A stretch of 53,949 nucleotides of DNA from an uncultured Gammaproteobacteria bacterium (GTDB lineage Bacteria > Patescibacteriota > Patescibacteriia > UBA9934 > GWF2-40-263). The translations under genes and the position numbers were made by a program. The stretch is from contig CAYHDY010000001.1 of the NCBI GenBank assembly GCA_964355525.1, positions 1 through 53,949 of the forward strand, given 5' to 3'. The notes beneath the pieces are model-generated. The model was not told the DNA's origin. It saw only the letters and a list, made by a program, of their open reading frames with translations, and made no database searches. Shown here in pieces: positions 40,664 to 50,804 of the stretch; position 1 is the first letter of the stretch, and each line of letters begins with the position of its first letter.

Positions 40664-40741
40664 TTCGCGGTCTCGAAAGATCATATCAATCGATAAAAAT
40701 AAATTAATTTTTGGGCACTCTCGCCCTCGATCATTTTTCAT

Positions 40742-41935
40742 ATGGCTGAAGCATTTATTCGCAACAAACCGCACGTCAACGTCGGTACAATCGGTCACGT
40801 TGACCACGGAAAGACCACGACAACAGCTGCTCTTCTTGCCGTTTTGAACGCGCACGGAATGACCGCTCAAAAGAAGGGTATTGATGATTTGGACAACGCT
40901 CCAGAGTCAAAATCCCGTGGAATTACAATCGCGACAGCTCACTGTGAATATGAGTCTGAAAAGCGTCACTATGCTCACGTTGACTGTCCAGGACACGCCG
41001 ATTACATCAAAAACATGATCACAGGTGCCGCTCAGATGGACGGTGCGATCTTGGTTGTATCTGCAACAGACGGTCCGATGCCACAAACACGTGAACATAT
41101 TTTGCTCGCTCACCAAGTTGGTGTGAACGCAATCGTTGTGTTTTTGAACAAAGTTGACATGGTGGATGATCCAGAACTTATTGACCTCGTTGAAGAAGAA
41201 GTTCGCGATCTTTTGAAAAAATACAAATTCCCTGGAGACGAAGTGCCTGTGATTCGCGGATCTGCGCTCAAAGCTCTTCAAAATCCTTCGGATCCAGCTG
41301 CATCAAAATGTATCTTGGATATCGTGGATGCTCTTGATAACTACATCCCGGAACCTGTTCGTGATACAGACAAACCACTCCTTTTGCCTATTGAAGACGT
41401 CTTCTCTATTGAAGGTCGTGGAACAGTGGTAACAGGCCGTATCGAACGTGGAATTGTCCATGTAAACGATGAAGTCATGTTGGTCGGTATTCATGAAGAA
41501 CCAACAAAAACAGTCGTTACAGGAATCGAAATGTTTAACAAATCATTGGACGAAGGTCGTGCTGGTGATAACGCAGGTATCTTGCTCCGCGGAGTTAAAA
41601 AAGAAGATGTTGAGCGTGGAATGGTCCTTGCAAAACCTGGATCCATTACTCCTCACACAGAATTCGAAGCAGAAGTTTACGCCCTCACAAAAGAAGAAGG
41701 AGGACGTCACAAACCATTCTTCAAAGGGTATAAACCACAATTCTACATTCGTACGACAGATGTAACAGGTGAAGTCATTTTGCCAGAAGGTGTTGAAATG
41801 GTGATGCCTGGAGATACACTTACAGTAACAATCAAATTGATTCAGCCTGTTGCTCTCGAAGAAAAGATGAACTTCGCAATTCGTGAAGGTGGAAAAACAG
41901 TTGGTGCCGGAATCGCAACAAAAATCATTAAATAA
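40742..41935 (+). CDS. tuf: Elongation factor Tu
   Basis: [17 protein letters not shown] and NKVD. Size 397 aa. Confidence 0.98.
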   Translation: MAEAFIRNKPHVNVGTIGHVDHGKTTTTAALLAVLNAHGMTAQKKGIDDLDNAPESKSRGITIATAHCEYESEKRHYAHVDCPGHADYIKNMITGAAQMDGAILVVSATDGPMPQTREHILLAHQVGVNAIVVFLNKVDMVDDPELIDLVEEEVRDLLKKYKFPGDEVPVIRGSALKALQNPSDPAASKCILDIVDALDNYIPEPVRDTDKPLLLPIEDVFSIEGRGTVVTGRIERGIVHVNDEVMLVGIHEEPTKTVVTGIEMFNKSLDEGRAGDNAGILLRGVKKEDVERGMVLAKPGSITPHTEFEAEVYALTKEEGGRHKPFFKGYKPQFYIRTTDVTGEVILPEGVEMVMPGDTLTVTIKLIQPVALEEKMNFAIREGGKTVGAGIATKIIK

Positions 41936-41967
41936 TTATTGATTCCAATCGTTCTTTCTTCATCCTT

Positions 41968-42306
41968 GTGACTGATACAACAACAAAAAAAGAACAGGAA
42001 GATAAGCCACGTCTTCGTATCAAGATTCGTGCGTACGATAGCAAGATCATTGATCAAGCTACGGAAACAATCTTGAAAACAGTTGAGCGTTCCGGTGCGA
42101 AAGTGATTGGTCCGATTCCTCTTCCAACAGAGAAGAAAAAATACACGGTCAATCGTTCAACCTTCGTTCATAAAGATTCACGTGATCAGTTTGAAATGCG
42201 CGTTCATAAGCGCATCATCGACATTACGGAAACAACCGACAAAACAATTGATGCTCTTATGAGTCTCAATTTGCCAGCGGGTGTGGATGTGGAAATCAAA
42301 ACATAA
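41968..42306 (+). CDS. rpsJ: 30S ribosomal protein S10
   Basis: [30 protein letters not shown] and [18 protein letters not shown] start and a short N-terminal extension. Confidence 0.9.
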   Translation: MTDTTTKKEQEDKPRLRIKIRAYDSKIIDQATETILKTVERSGAKVIGPIPLPTEKKKYTVNRSTFVHKDSRDQFEMRVHKRIIDITETTDKTIDALMSLNLPAGVDVEIKT

Positions 42307-42314
42307 ATAATAGA

Positions 42315-42370
42315 TGTGGGACGGATCGCAGACGATAGAAAATCTTCTCTCGTGTGTGATCCGTCCCACA
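42315..42370 (+). ncRNA. Strong stem-loop (13-bp perfect stem tgtgggacggatc / gatccgtcccaca, 30-nt loop) in the rpsJ-rplC spacer
   Basis: Perfect inverted repeat seen directly in the sequence. No T-run follows it, so it is not a classical terminator. Confidence 0.4.
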
Positions 42371-42534
42371 AAACACAATTTAAGGAACAGAGAAGAAAGA
42401 TCTGCGCATAACAGTTGCATCTTGAAGAAAACCTTCTCTCGGCTTCCAAAAATTGTCACGGAGATTACTTACATCATTGATTCATTTACCTTTGTAACAA
42501 GTTAATCCTCATTCGAGGAAATTTTGTAACATAG

Positions 42535-42588
42535 GCTAGAAGCTGCTTGCGATTCAGTATTCATCGCGATCAACTTCTAGCTTTTGTG
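42535..42588 (+). promoter_or_regulatory. Terminator/attenuator-like hairpin immediately upstream of rplC
   Basis: gctagaag ... (inner gcgat/atcgc stem) ... cttctagc followed by ttttgtg. It ends 17 nt before the rplC ATG. Confidence 0.4.
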
Positions 42589-42604
42589 CTAGTTGATAGA
42601 AAAT

Positions 42605-43234
42605 ATGCCATTTATCATCGGACGAAAAATTGAAATGACACAACAGTTTAAGGAAGACGGAACCGTCGTTCCTGTTACGCTTATCAAAGCGGAACCAAAC
42701 GTTGTTACCCAAATTCGCGACGAAGCCTGTGATGGTTACATTGCTGTGCAAGTCGGATCTGAAACCCCAAAACATCTCACAAAAAGTGAAGTGGGGCACC
42801 TTCATGATTTACCGCAAGTGAAAACACTGCGCGAATTTCGTGTCGCAAGTGTTCCTGCTGAATTAACACGAGGAGCAACTATTCTTGTAACGGATTTTAT
42901 TCCGGGAACAAAAGTGGATGTTGTTGGTGATTCTAAAGGACGTGGATTTGCTGGTGTGATGAAACGTCATCATTTTAAATGTGGCCAAGCAACACACGGA
43001 AACAAAGACCAACAACGTATGGGTGGATCTATTGGATCACAGCGTCAAGGAAAGGTTATCAAGGGTCAGCGCATGGGTGGTCATATGGGTGACGAACGTG
43101 TAACTGTGAAAAACCTTGAAGTTGTTTCTGTTGATTTGGAAAATAATATCATTGCCGTCAAAGGAGCTGTTCCGGGTGCACGCGGTGGTTTGATTTTGAT
43201 TCGTTCACATGAGAGAAAACAATTATGGCATTAA
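42605..43234 (+). CDS. rplC: 50S ribosomal protein L3
   Basis: IIGRKIEMTQ, GKGFAGVMKRH-like GRGFAGVMKRHHF. Start is the ATG at 42605 (alternative TTG at 42593). Confidence 0.93.
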   Translation: MPFIIGRKIEMTQQFKEDGTVVPVTLIKAEPNVVTQIRDEACDGYIAVQVGSETPKHLTKSEVGHLHDLPQVKTLREFRVASVPAELTRGATILVTDFIPGTKVDVVGDSKGRGFAGVMKRHHFKCGQATHGNKDQQRMGGSIGSQRQGKVIKGQRMGGHMGDERVTVKNLEVVSVDLENNIIAVKGAVPGARGGLILIRSHERKQLWH

Positions 43235-43869
43235 TTTCCGTCTACAACATGCAAGGCGATAAAGTCGGATCTCTTGAACTTTCAAAGAGTTTGTTCGATG
43301 TGCCTGTTAATGATGCATTGATTCATGAAGCTGTCACTGCACAACAAGCAAATTCTCGTGAAGCAATTGCTCACACAAAAACACGTGGAGAAGTTGCTGG
43401 ATCAAGCAAGAAACCATGGAAACAAAAGGGAACAGGTCGTGCACGTCACGGATCCACAAAATCACCGATTTGGATTGGTGGAGGAATCACGTTCGGACCA
43501 AGAAATGATCGTAACTTTACATTGAAGATTAACAAGAAAGCAAAACGCAAAGCTCTTGCAATGGTCTTGTCAGATAAAGTTGCTAACGATCGTTTCATTG
43601 CTATCGATGATTTCCGTCTTACAGATGGAAAAACAAAAGAATTGATACGTATTTTGAAAAAATTGCCTTCCCCAACAAAAAAATCTGGAAAAACACTCAT
43701 TATTTTGCCTCCTGATGAAAAGGTTATTGCAAAGGCTGCAAAGAACTTGAGTGGAATTGAAACCATGCCAGCAAATACACTGAACGTGGTTGATCTTCTG
43801 AAGATGGACACGATCCTGGTCTCAAAAGCTGCTATTGAAATGATCATGCAAACTTACAAGCGAGCATAG
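43225..43869 (+). CDS. rplD: 50S ribosomal protein L4
   Basis: KKPWKQKGTGRARHGS and GGGITFGP. Confidence 0.95.
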   Translation: MALISVYNMQGDKVGSLELSKSLFDVPVNDALIHEAVTAQQANSREAIAHTKTRGEVAGSSKKPWKQKGTGRARHGSTKSPIWIGGGITFGPRNDRNFTLKINKKAKRKALAMVLSDKVANDRFIAIDDFRLTDGKTKELIRILKKLPSPTKKSGKTLIILPPDEKVIAKAAKNLSGIETMPANTLNVVDLLKMDTILVSKAAIEMIMQTYKRA

Positions 43870-43873
43870 TCCT

Positions 43874-44251
43874 ATGGGAATTTTTAAAAAGAAAAATTTA
43901 ACGGCAAAGTCGGAAACCAAAGTGGAATCAAAAAGCGTAAATGTTTCTAAAGAAACAAAGAGCGTTGCTTTTGTTCCCTCCGTCATTGTCAAACCACTCG
44001 TTACCGAAAAGAGCGCAATTCTTGCTTCAAAGAATATGTACGTCTTTGTGGTAAAGAACGATGCAAATAGTATCCAGGTTTCTGCGGCTGTACAGAAGAT
44101 GTATGACGTGAAACCGCTTTCTGTAAACATGATCAATGTTCGCGGGAAAATCGTTCGACGTGGGCGTGTGTCCGGAAAACGAAAGGCTTGGAAAAAAGCG
44201 ATCGTCACACTTCCAAAAGGTAAATCCTTGAATATCTACGAAGGGGTATAA
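43874..44251 (+). CDS. rplW: 50S ribosomal protein L23 (with an approximately 25-aa N-terminal extension)
   Basis: [24 protein letters not shown] and KKAIVTL. Confidence 0.9.
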   Translation: MGIFKKKNLTAKSETKVESKSVNVSKETKSVAFVPSVIVKPLVTEKSAILASKNMYVFVVKNDANSIQVSAAVQKMYDVKPLSVNMINVRGKIVRRGRVSGKRKAWKKAIVTLPKGKSLNIYEGV

Positions 44252-44252
44252 T

Positions 44253-45104
44253 ATGCCAGTTAAACGATATAAACCAACGACTAACGGCCGCCGCATCTCG
44301 AGTGTGGATACGTTTGAAGATATAACATCTTCAACGCCTTTGAAATCTCTCACGATTCACAAAAAGAAATTTGCTGGTCGTAACAATCAAGGGAAAATCA
44401 CGGTGCGTCACCAAGGCGGTGGAGCAAAACAGCGTATTCGTATGATCGACGCCAAGCGTGATAAATTCGATGTTCCAGCGAAAGTCGCAACACTCGAATA
44501 TGATCCAAATCGTGGTGCTCGCATTGCACTTCTCTATTACAAGGACGGAGAAAAACGTTACATGATTGCACCGATTGGCCTCAAAGTTGGAGATTCTGTT
44601 GTTTCTTCAAAGCAAAAAGGAGAAATTCAATTGGGAAATCGATTCTGTCTTGAACATATTCCCGTTGGAATGCAAATCTACGATCTCGAACTTCAACCAG
44701 GAAAGGGTGCTCAGATGGTTCGTGGAGCAGGAGCAACAGCTCAATTGATGGCTGTTGAAGGTCCTTACGCTACTGTTAAACTTCCTTCTGGTGAAATTCG
44801 TCTTCTCTTTAAACAGTGCATGGCAACAATCGGTCAGTCATCCAATCCGGATCGTAGATTGATTCGTTGGGGAAAGGCCGGACGTTCACGTCATCGTGGT
44901 ATTCGTCCAACGGTTCGTGGAAAAGCGATGAACCCAGTGGATCACCCACACGGAGGTGGAGAAGGAAGAAACTCAATCGGTCTTAAACATCCAAAAACTC
45001 CAACAGGAAAACCAGCGCTCGGTGTGAAAACACGTCGAAAACAGGCATCCGATCGCATGATTATTCAACGTCGCAAGAAGGGACGATTTGTCGGAGGTAA
45101 ATAA
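44253..45104 (+). CDS. rplB: 50S ribosomal protein L2
   Basis: [16 protein letters not shown] and [13 protein letters not shown]. Confidence 0.97.
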   Translation: MPVKRYKPTTNGRRISSVDTFEDITSSTPLKSLTIHKKKFAGRNNQGKITVRHQGGGAKQRIRMIDAKRDKFDVPAKVATLEYDPNRGARIALLYYKDGEKRYMIAPIGLKVGDSVVSSKQKGEIQLGNRFCLEHIPVGMQIYDLELQPGKGAQMVRGAGATAQLMAVEGPYATVKLPSGEIRLLFKQCMATIGQSSNPDRRLIRWGKAGRSRHRGIRPTVRGKAMNPVDHPHGGGEGRNSIGLKHPKTPTGKPALGVKTRRKQASDRMIIQRRKKGRFVGGK

Positions 45105-45106
45105 TT

Positions 45107-45442
45107 ATGTCACGAAGTCTTAAAAAAGGTCACTACGTTCATCCAAAACTCTTGAAAAAGATTGGAAAGATGAAAGCAGGGGATCTCACACCAATTAAAA
45201 CTTGGGCACGCGCCTCTACAATCACTCCGGAAATGGTCGGCTTCAATTTCGCTGTACATAACGGAAAGGATTTCATCAAAGTGCGGGCCGTTGAAAACAT
45301 GGTTGGACATAAACTCGGTGAATTTTCTCCTACGCGTCGATTTGTTCGTCATGGTGGAAAGCTTCAGAAAGAAGCGGAAACAGGTTCTGCGTCTTCTTCC
45401 GCTTCGAAACCAGCGACAAAATCGGCTCCGAAAAAGAAATAG
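45107..45442 (+). CDS. rpsS: 30S ribosomal protein S19 (Ser/Ala/Lys-rich C-terminal tail)
   Basis: [19 protein letters not shown] and [11 protein letters not shown]. Confidence 0.95.
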   Translation: MSRSLKKGHYVHPKLLKKIGKMKAGDLTPIKTWARASTITPEMVGFNFAVHNGKDFIKVRAVENMVGHKLGEFSPTRRFVRHGGKLQKEAETGSASSSASKPATKSAPKKK

Positions 45443-45456
45443 TCAATTGAAAATGT

Positions 45457-45873
45457 ATGCAAGTAAAAGCTAAAGCTCGCTTTATCCGTATGTCTGCTCG
45501 AAAAGTTCGACTCGTAATCGATCTTATTCGCGGAGCACATGTCTTAAAAGCGCAAACACAATTACGTTTTGCTAACAAAGCGGCCGCAGAGCCTGTGCTG
45601 AAGCTTTTAAATTCTGCGATTGCGAATGCTACAAACAATTTTCATTTGAATAAGGATGACCTCATGATCACATCAATCATGGCAGATGAAGGTCCAACAT
45701 TGGACCGATTCCATCCTCGTGCTCATGGTCGTGCTATGCCGATCAGAAAACGATCCACACATATCTCTATCATCCTTGAAAATATTGAACCGAAGGAGAC
45801 AATAAAAGAAAAGGTTGAAACAGAGGTGAAGACAAAAAAAGCAAAAAAAATTGTAACTGCTAAGACCAACTAA
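45457..45873 (+). CDS. rplV: 50S ribosomal protein L22
   Basis: ARFIRMSARKVRLVIDLIRG and RAHGRAMPIRKRSTHI. Confidence 0.95.
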   Translation: MQVKAKARFIRMSARKVRLVIDLIRGAHVLKAQTQLRFANKAAAEPVLKLLNSAIANATNNFHLNKDDLMITSIMADEGPTLDRFHPRAHGRAMPIRKRSTHISIILENIEPKETIKEKVETEVKTKKAKKIVTAKTN

Positions 45874-45882
45874 TTCTCACCT

Positions 45883-46539
45883 ATGGGACGAAAGGTACAT
45901 CCAATTGGATTCAGAATTGCAGTCACCCGCGGGTGGGATAGTCTTTGGTATGCGGATCCGAAACGCTTTACTGCGCTGCTTGAGGAGGATGTAAAAATTC
46001 GATCCTTTCTCAAGACACTCTTGAAAGAAGCTCTCATTGATCGTGTTGAGATAGATCGTACACGTCAGGAGCTTAAGATCTTGATTCATTCTGCAAAACC
46101 AGGTATCATTATTGGTCGTGGTGGAACAGGAATTGAGGATCTTTCGAAAAAGATCAAGACCAAATTTTTTCCTGGTAAGCGCGTCAAACTTTCGATTAAT
46201 GTGAAAGAGGTGCAAAATGCATCACTCAGCGCACATGTCGTTGGATTGCAAGTTGCAGCAGATATTGAAAAACGTATGCCATTTCGTCGTGTGATGAAGG
46301 GGACAATCGAACGCGTTTTGAAAGCTGGTGCACTTGGAGTCAAAGTTTCTATCAGTGGACGCTTAAACGGTTCAGAAATTGCAAGACGAGAAATGATTGC
46401 AAGTGGAAAAATTCCGCTGCATACACTTCGTTCCGATATCGACTTCGCTTCCGTTACAGCTCGAACTATTTGGGGAGCGATCGGAATTAAAGTGTGGATT
46501 AATCGTGGTGAGGTTTTCGACAAAGAGAAAAAAGCATAA
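45883..46539 (+). CDS. rpsC: 30S ribosomal protein S3
   Basis: [21 protein letters not shown] and [10 protein letters not shown]. Confidence 0.97.
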   Translation: MGRKVHPIGFRIAVTRGWDSLWYADPKRFTALLEEDVKIRSFLKTLLKEALIDRVEIDRTRQELKILIHSAKPGIIIGRGGTGIEDLSKKIKTKFFPGKRVKLSINVKEVQNASLSAHVVGLQVAADIEKRMPFRRVMKGTIERVLKAGALGVKVSISGRLNGSEIARREMIASGKIPLHTLRSDIDFASVTARTIWGAIGIKVWINRGEVFDKEKKA

Positions 46540-46541
46540 AT

Positions 46542-46961
46542 ATGTTGATGCCTAAAAAAGTAAAACATCGCAAGTCACATAAAGGTCGTGGACGCGGAAA
46601 ACGTGTCGCAACCCGTATGACAACGATTGCCTTTGGTGATTATGCGATTAAAGCGACAACAGAAGCGTGGGTCACATCCCGTCAGATTGAGGCTGCTCGT
46701 CGCGCGATGACTCGTGCGATTAAACGTGGTGGAAAAGTCTGGATTCGTATTTTCCCAGACAAACCAGTCACGTCAAAAGGTTCGGAAATGCCTATGGGAA
46801 AAGGAAAAGGAGCTGTGGATCATTATGTTGCTGTTATTCGTCCTGGAACTGTCATGTTTGAAATGGGTGGAATTTCGAAAGAACTCGCTCATCTTGCACT
46901 GACACTTGCCGCACATAAGCTTCCGGTTAAAACGAAAATCGTTTCTCGCGAATTCGAATAA
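46542..46961 (+). CDS. rplP: 50S ribosomal protein L16
   Basis: [23 protein letters not shown] and MGKGKG. Confidence 0.97.
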   Translation: MLMPKKVKHRKSHKGRGRGKRVATRMTTIAFGDYAIKATTEAWVTSRQIEAARRAMTRAIKRGGKVWIRIFPDKPVTSKGSEMPMGKGKGAVDHYVAVIRPGTVMFEMGGISKELAHLALTLAAHKLPVKTKIVSREFE

Positions 46962-46966
46962 ATCTT

Positions 46967-47158
46967 ATGGATATTCAGACTCTTAAGCAGCAAACACCTG
47001 ATGATCTTAAACGAGATCTTCGAGAATCCATGGATCAATTGAAAGCGCTTGAATTTAAGCTTTCTTCACATCAAGTAAAAAATGTGAGAGAAGTTCGCCT
47101 TCTTAAAAAGACTATTGCACGCATTCAAACACTTCTTCAAACAAAACCTTCCGTATAA
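46967..47158 (+). CDS. rpmC: 50S ribosomal protein L29
   Basis: Operon position. Size 63 aa. LKALEFKLSSHQVKNVREVRLLKKTIARI. Confidence 0.9.
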   Translation: MDIQTLKQQTPDDLKRDLRESMDQLKALEFKLSSHQVKNVREVRLLKKTIARIQTLLQTKPSV

Positions 47159-47161
47159 AAT

Positions 47162-47404
47162 ATGAAAACTTCTGAACGAACAATTCGACGAACATTCACT
47201 GGAATTGTTGAATCCAATAAAATGGAAAAAACAATCGTTGTTCGTGTTGATCGCACACTCGTGCATCCAAAATATGGAAAGCGTTATGTGCGTAGTCACA
47301 AGTTTCATGTGCATACGGAAGGAAAACATGAAATCGGCGACAAGGTCACGTTTCGTGAATGTCGACCCTTTTCTAAAACGGTTCGTTGGATCGTTGCTAA
47401 GTAA
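47162..47404 (+). CDS. rpsQ: 30S ribosomal protein S17
   Basis: FTGIVESNKMEKTIVVRV, HPKYGK and KFHVH. Confidence 0.95.
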   Translation: MKTSERTIRRTFTGIVESNKMEKTIVVRVDRTLVHPKYGKRYVRSHKFHVHTEGKHEIGDKVTFRECRPFSKTVRWIVAK

Positions 47405-47434
47405 TCACGACGCGATCAAACTTTAACTTTCCAT

Positions 47435-47806
47435 ATGGTTCAAGAACAATCAATGCTCAAGGTGGCCGATAATTCTGGGGCAAAAAAGCTCATGGTTATT
47501 CGAGTACTCGGTGGCTATCAAAAACGCTATGCGTTTTTGGGCGAGCTTGTTGTATGTGCAGTGAAAGAAGCCGTTCCTCATGCTGTTGTGAAAAAGAGTG
47601 ATGTGGTAACAGCTGTTCTTGTTCGAACACACAAGGAAACACGTCGAAAGGACGGAACATACATTCGTTTCGATGAAAACGCAGCTGTGATCGTTGATAA
47701 AAAAACAAAAGAACCAAAAGGAACACGTATTTTCGGGCCAGTGGCTCGCGAATTACGTGCGGCAGGATATACAAAAATTATTTCACTCGCTCCGGAAGTT
47801 TTATAA
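47435..47806 (+). CDS. rplN: 50S ribosomal protein L14
   Basis: [11 protein letters not shown]. Size 123 aa. Confidence 0.97.
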   Translation: MVQEQSMLKVADNSGAKKLMVIRVLGGYQKRYAFLGELVVCAVKEAVPHAVVKKSDVVTAVLVRTHKETRRKDGTYIRFDENAAVIVDKKTKEPKGTRIFGPVARELRAAGYTKIISLAPEVL

Positions 47807-47813
47807 GACTTTT

Positions 47814-48137
47814 ATGAAAATCAAAACAGGTGACAATATCCGCGTGATCGCGGGAAAAGACAAGGGTAAAGAAGGAAAAGTCCTTCAAGTTTTTCCTGTC
47901 CTCGAACGTGTGGTTGTAGAAGGGTTAAACCTAATGACCAAACATTTGAAGAAACACGGATCACAACCTGGGCAAAAAATTCAATTTCCATCTCCGCTCC
48001 ATATTTCAAATGTCCAACTGATCTCTTCTAAGACGGGAACAAAAGGACGTGTGGGATATAAGGTGATAGAAAATGAAGGAGTCAAATCTAAAATTCGCGT
48101 AATGCGAAAAAAAGGTGCAGTTGAGGATATTGAATAA
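47814..48137 (+). CDS. rplX: 50S ribosomal protein L24
   Basis: KIKTGDNIRVIAGKDKGKEGKVLQV. Start trimmed to the ATG at 47814, after the rplN stop. Confidence 0.93.
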   Translation: MKIKTGDNIRVIAGKDKGKEGKVLQVFPVLERVVVEGLNLMTKHLKKHGSQPGQKIQFPSPLHISNVQLISSKTGTKGRVGYKVIENEGVKSKIRVMRKKGAVEDIE

Positions 48138-48142
48138 AACTT

Positions 48143-48685
48143 ATGTCACTTAAGGAAACATACAAAACAACCGTTATTCCAGAACTGATGAAAGAGTTCG
48201 GATATAAAAATGTGAATGCTGTACCAATAGTACAGACAATCACGTTGAATATTGGAATTGGTCCTGGAATAAAGGATGCAAAGTTTTTGGAAACGGCGCA
48301 AAATACATTGAAGCGGATAACAGGTCAAAGACCTGTTACAACAAAAGCGCGTAAGGCCATTGCTGGATTTAAAATTCGTCAAGGGAATGTGGTCGGAGTG
48401 ATGGTGACCTTGCGCGGAAAGCGAATGTGGGACTTTCTTGAAAAGCTGATTTACATCTCTCTTCCACGAGTTCGTGATTTTCGCGGATTAGCACCTTCCT
48501 CATTTGATGGAAATGGAAATTATTCCATCGGATTCAAAGAGCATATGGCTTTTCCAGAAATTTCAAGTGAAGAGATGGAATTAACACATGGAGTTCAGGT
48601 GACCATCTCAACTTCGGCAAAAACTGATAGTGAAGCAAAGGCTCTCCTTACACACTTGAGACTTCCACTCAAAAAAGACGTATAA
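48143..48685 (+). CDS. rplE: 50S ribosomal protein L5
   Basis: GQRPVTTKARKAIAGFKIRQG, RDFRGL and GNYSIGFKE. Confidence 0.97.
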   Translation: MSLKETYKTTVIPELMKEFGYKNVNAVPIVQTITLNIGIGPGIKDAKFLETAQNTLKRITGQRPVTTKARKAIAGFKIRQGNVVGVMVTLRGKRMWDFLEKLIYISLPRVRDFRGLAPSSFDGNGNYSIGFKEHMAFPEISSEEMELTHGVQVTISTSAKTDSEAKALLTHLRLPLKKDV

Positions 48686-48687
48686 AT

Positions 48688-48873
48688 ATGGCAACAGAAA
48701 ATCAAATTGCGAAATCGAAAAAGCGAGCGAAGTTTACCACGCGTGTGGTTCGTCGTTGCTGGCGCTGTGGAAGAACCCGCGGCTTTATGCGTGCATTTAA
48801 TATGTGCCGTATCTGTTTTCGAGAGCTCGCCAACCGAGGGGAAATTCCCGGAATAAGAAAATCAAGCTGGTAA
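48688..48873 (+). CDS. rpsZ: 30S ribosomal protein S14, type Z (zinc-binding)
   Basis: 61 aa. CWRCGRTRGF...CRICFRE (CxxC...CxxC). Confidence 0.95.
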   Translation: MATENQIAKSKKRAKFTTRVVRRCWRCGRTRGFMRAFNMCRICFRELANRGEIPGIRKSSW

Positions 48874-48874
48874 T

Positions 48875-49267
48875 ATGATGACTGATCCAATCTCAGACAT
48901 GCTCACACGCATCCGCAATGCACAGGCCGTTAAAAAGGCTGAGCTTGCTTTGCCATACTCGCGTGTGAAGTTTGCTCTCGCAAAAATTCTTGAAAAAGAA
49001 GGTTTTGTGGAACGTGTAACACAGGTTACAGAAACGAAATTTCCAACGATTCAAATCGTTCTGAAATACAACAATCATCTCCCAGCCATTCAATCTATTC
49101 AACGTATAAGTACTCCTGGTAGACGTGTCTATTCAAAATCAGAGGATCTTCGATCTGTTCTTTCTGGTCTTGGAATTTCAATTCTTTCGACGTCGAATGG
49201 ACTTATGACGAACAAGGAAGCACACATGCGTCATCTGGGTGGAGAAATCCTTTGTCAAGTCTATTAA
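48875..49267 (+). CDS. rpsH: 30S ribosomal protein S8
   Basis: DPISDMLTRIRNA and GGEILCQVY. Confidence 0.97.
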   Translation: MMTDPISDMLTRIRNAQAVKKAELALPYSRVKFALAKILEKEGFVERVTQVTETKFPTIQIVLKYNNHLPAIQSIQRISTPGRRVYSKSEDLRSVLSGLGISILSTSNGLMTNKEAHMRHLGGEILCQVY

Positions 49268-49276
49268 AAAAACGAT

Positions 49277-49834
49277 ATGTCACGTGTAGGAAAAAAACTT
49301 ATTAACATTCCACAGGGCGTTGAAGTCAATCTTATTGGCCAAGTTGTTGAAGTTCGCGGACCAAAAGGAATGTTGTCTGCGACTATGCATCCGCTCGTGG
49401 CTGTTCATGCAACAGAAGATGCTGAAGGAAAACATCTTTCCGTTTCTGTTGAAGATGAGGAAGAAAAGGTGAATCGTTCACAGTGGGGAACGGCTCGCAC
49501 TCTTATTGCTAACATGATTATGGGAGTTACTCAAGGTTTTTCAAAAAAACTTGAAGTGAATGGAGTCGGTTATCGTGTGAATCTTTCCGGACGAAACTTG
49601 AATTTAATTGTTGGTTATTCACATGATGTTGTTTATCCTCTTCCAGAAGGAATTGATGCACTGGTTGAAGGAAATACCATCACGATCATGGGACGTGATA
49701 ACCAATTGGTTGGAGAAGTTGCTGCTCAGATCCGAAAAGTACGCAAACCTGAACCGTATAAAGGAAAAGGAATTAAATATAGCAATGAAGTTATTCGTCG
49801 TAAGGCTGGTAAATCACAAAAGGCTGCCGCTTAA
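49277..49834 (+). CDS. rplF: 50S ribosomal protein L6
   Basis: MSRVGKK, LEVNGVGYR and PEPYKGKGIKY. Confidence 0.97.
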   Translation: MSRVGKKLINIPQGVEVNLIGQVVEVRGPKGMLSATMHPLVAVHATEDAEGKHLSVSVEDEEEKVNRSQWGTARTLIANMIMGVTQGFSKKLEVNGVGYRVNLSGRNLNLIVGYSHDVVYPLPEGIDALVEGNTITIMGRDNQLVGEVAAQIRKVRKPEPYKGKGIKYSNEVIRRKAGKSQKAAA

Positions 49835-49843
49835 GACTCACGT

Positions 49844-50194
49844 ATGAACGCTATCAAAAAACAATTGGGACGTGCACGACGTGCACACCGTACACGCATT
49901 AACATGCATGGGACTGCAGTGAAGCCTCGTTTGAGTGTTGCACGTAGTTTGAAACATATTTATGCTCAACTCATTAATGATGAGAAAGGTGTTACGATCG
50001 CTTCCGCTTCCGACAAGGATGTGAAAACTGATTCTAAACCTCTTGAGACAGCTCATGAGGTTGGAAAAATTCTTGCCGAAAAAGCGAAAGCTGTCGGTGT
50101 TGAAACGGTTGTGTTCGATCGCGGATCTTTTAGATATCATGGTCGCGTCGCATCCCTTGCGGAAGGCGCGCGTGAAGGCGGTTTGAAGTTTTAA
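49844..50194 (+). CDS. rplR: 50S ribosomal protein L18
   Basis: [28 protein letters not shown] and [12 protein letters not shown]. Confidence 0.97.
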   Translation: MNAIKKQLGRARRAHRTRINMHGTAVKPRLSVARSLKHIYAQLINDEKGVTIASASDKDVKTDSKPLETAHEVGKILAEKAKAVGVETVVFDRGSFRYHGRVASLAEGAREGGLKF

Positions 50195-50202
50195 TCTTTG
50201 CT

Positions 50203-50793
50203 ATGACTAACGCACAGACACAATCACGACCTAAAACACCTTCCGGAGATACACGGAAACCTGGCTCATCTGCTGGAAAATCTTTTGGTTCAAAAGATGG
50301 CGCACGCGGTGGTCGTGGTGGAAAGAAACCCGGAAAACAGGAAGTTGTTCGTGAATTCGAACAAAAAATTCTTGATCTTGCACGTGTCACACGTGTGACA
50401 GCTGGTGGAAAACGCATGTCGTTTCGCTGTGCGCTTATCATCGGAGATCGTAAGGGTCGTGTTGGACTCGGTGTAGCAAAAGGAGCAGACGTTCAGATTG
50501 CTGTTGATAAAGCTTACCGTCAAGCAAAAAAGAATTTGGTGATTGTTCCGATTGTGGATGAAACATTTCCGCATGCAACAAGCATGAAATTTGGTTCCGC
50601 AATGGTTATTTTGAAACCAGCTCCAAAAGGAACTGGGTTGAAATCAGGTGGAGCAATGCGTGTCGTCTTGGAATATGCTGGAGTTCCCAATGCTGTTACA
50701 AAAATTCTCAATTCAAATAATAAAATCAACATTGCTCAAGCGACATTGAACGCAATTGCACACTTGAACGATGTTAAAAAGAAAACAGCTTAA
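50203..50793 (+). CDS. rpsE: 30S ribosomal protein S5 (basic N-terminal extension)
   Basis: RVTRVTAGGKRMSFRCALIIGDRKGRVGLGVAKG. Confidence 0.95.
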   Translation: MTNAQTQSRPKTPSGDTRKPGSSAGKSFGSKDGARGGRGGKKPGKQEVVREFEQKILDLARVTRVTAGGKRMSFRCALIIGDRKGRVGLGVAKGADVQIAVDKAYRQAKKNLVIVPIVDETFPHATSMKFGSAMVILKPAPKGTGLKSGGAMRVVLEYAGVPNAVTKILNSNNKINIAQATLNAIAHLNDVKKKTA

Positions 50794-50804
50794 TACTCGC
50801 CTGT

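Noticed and set aside
42314-42505. A 63-aa ORF within the rpsJ-rplC spacer.
   Set aside because: It begins inside the 13-bp stem, has no RBS and has implausible composition. The region is better explained as structured RNA.
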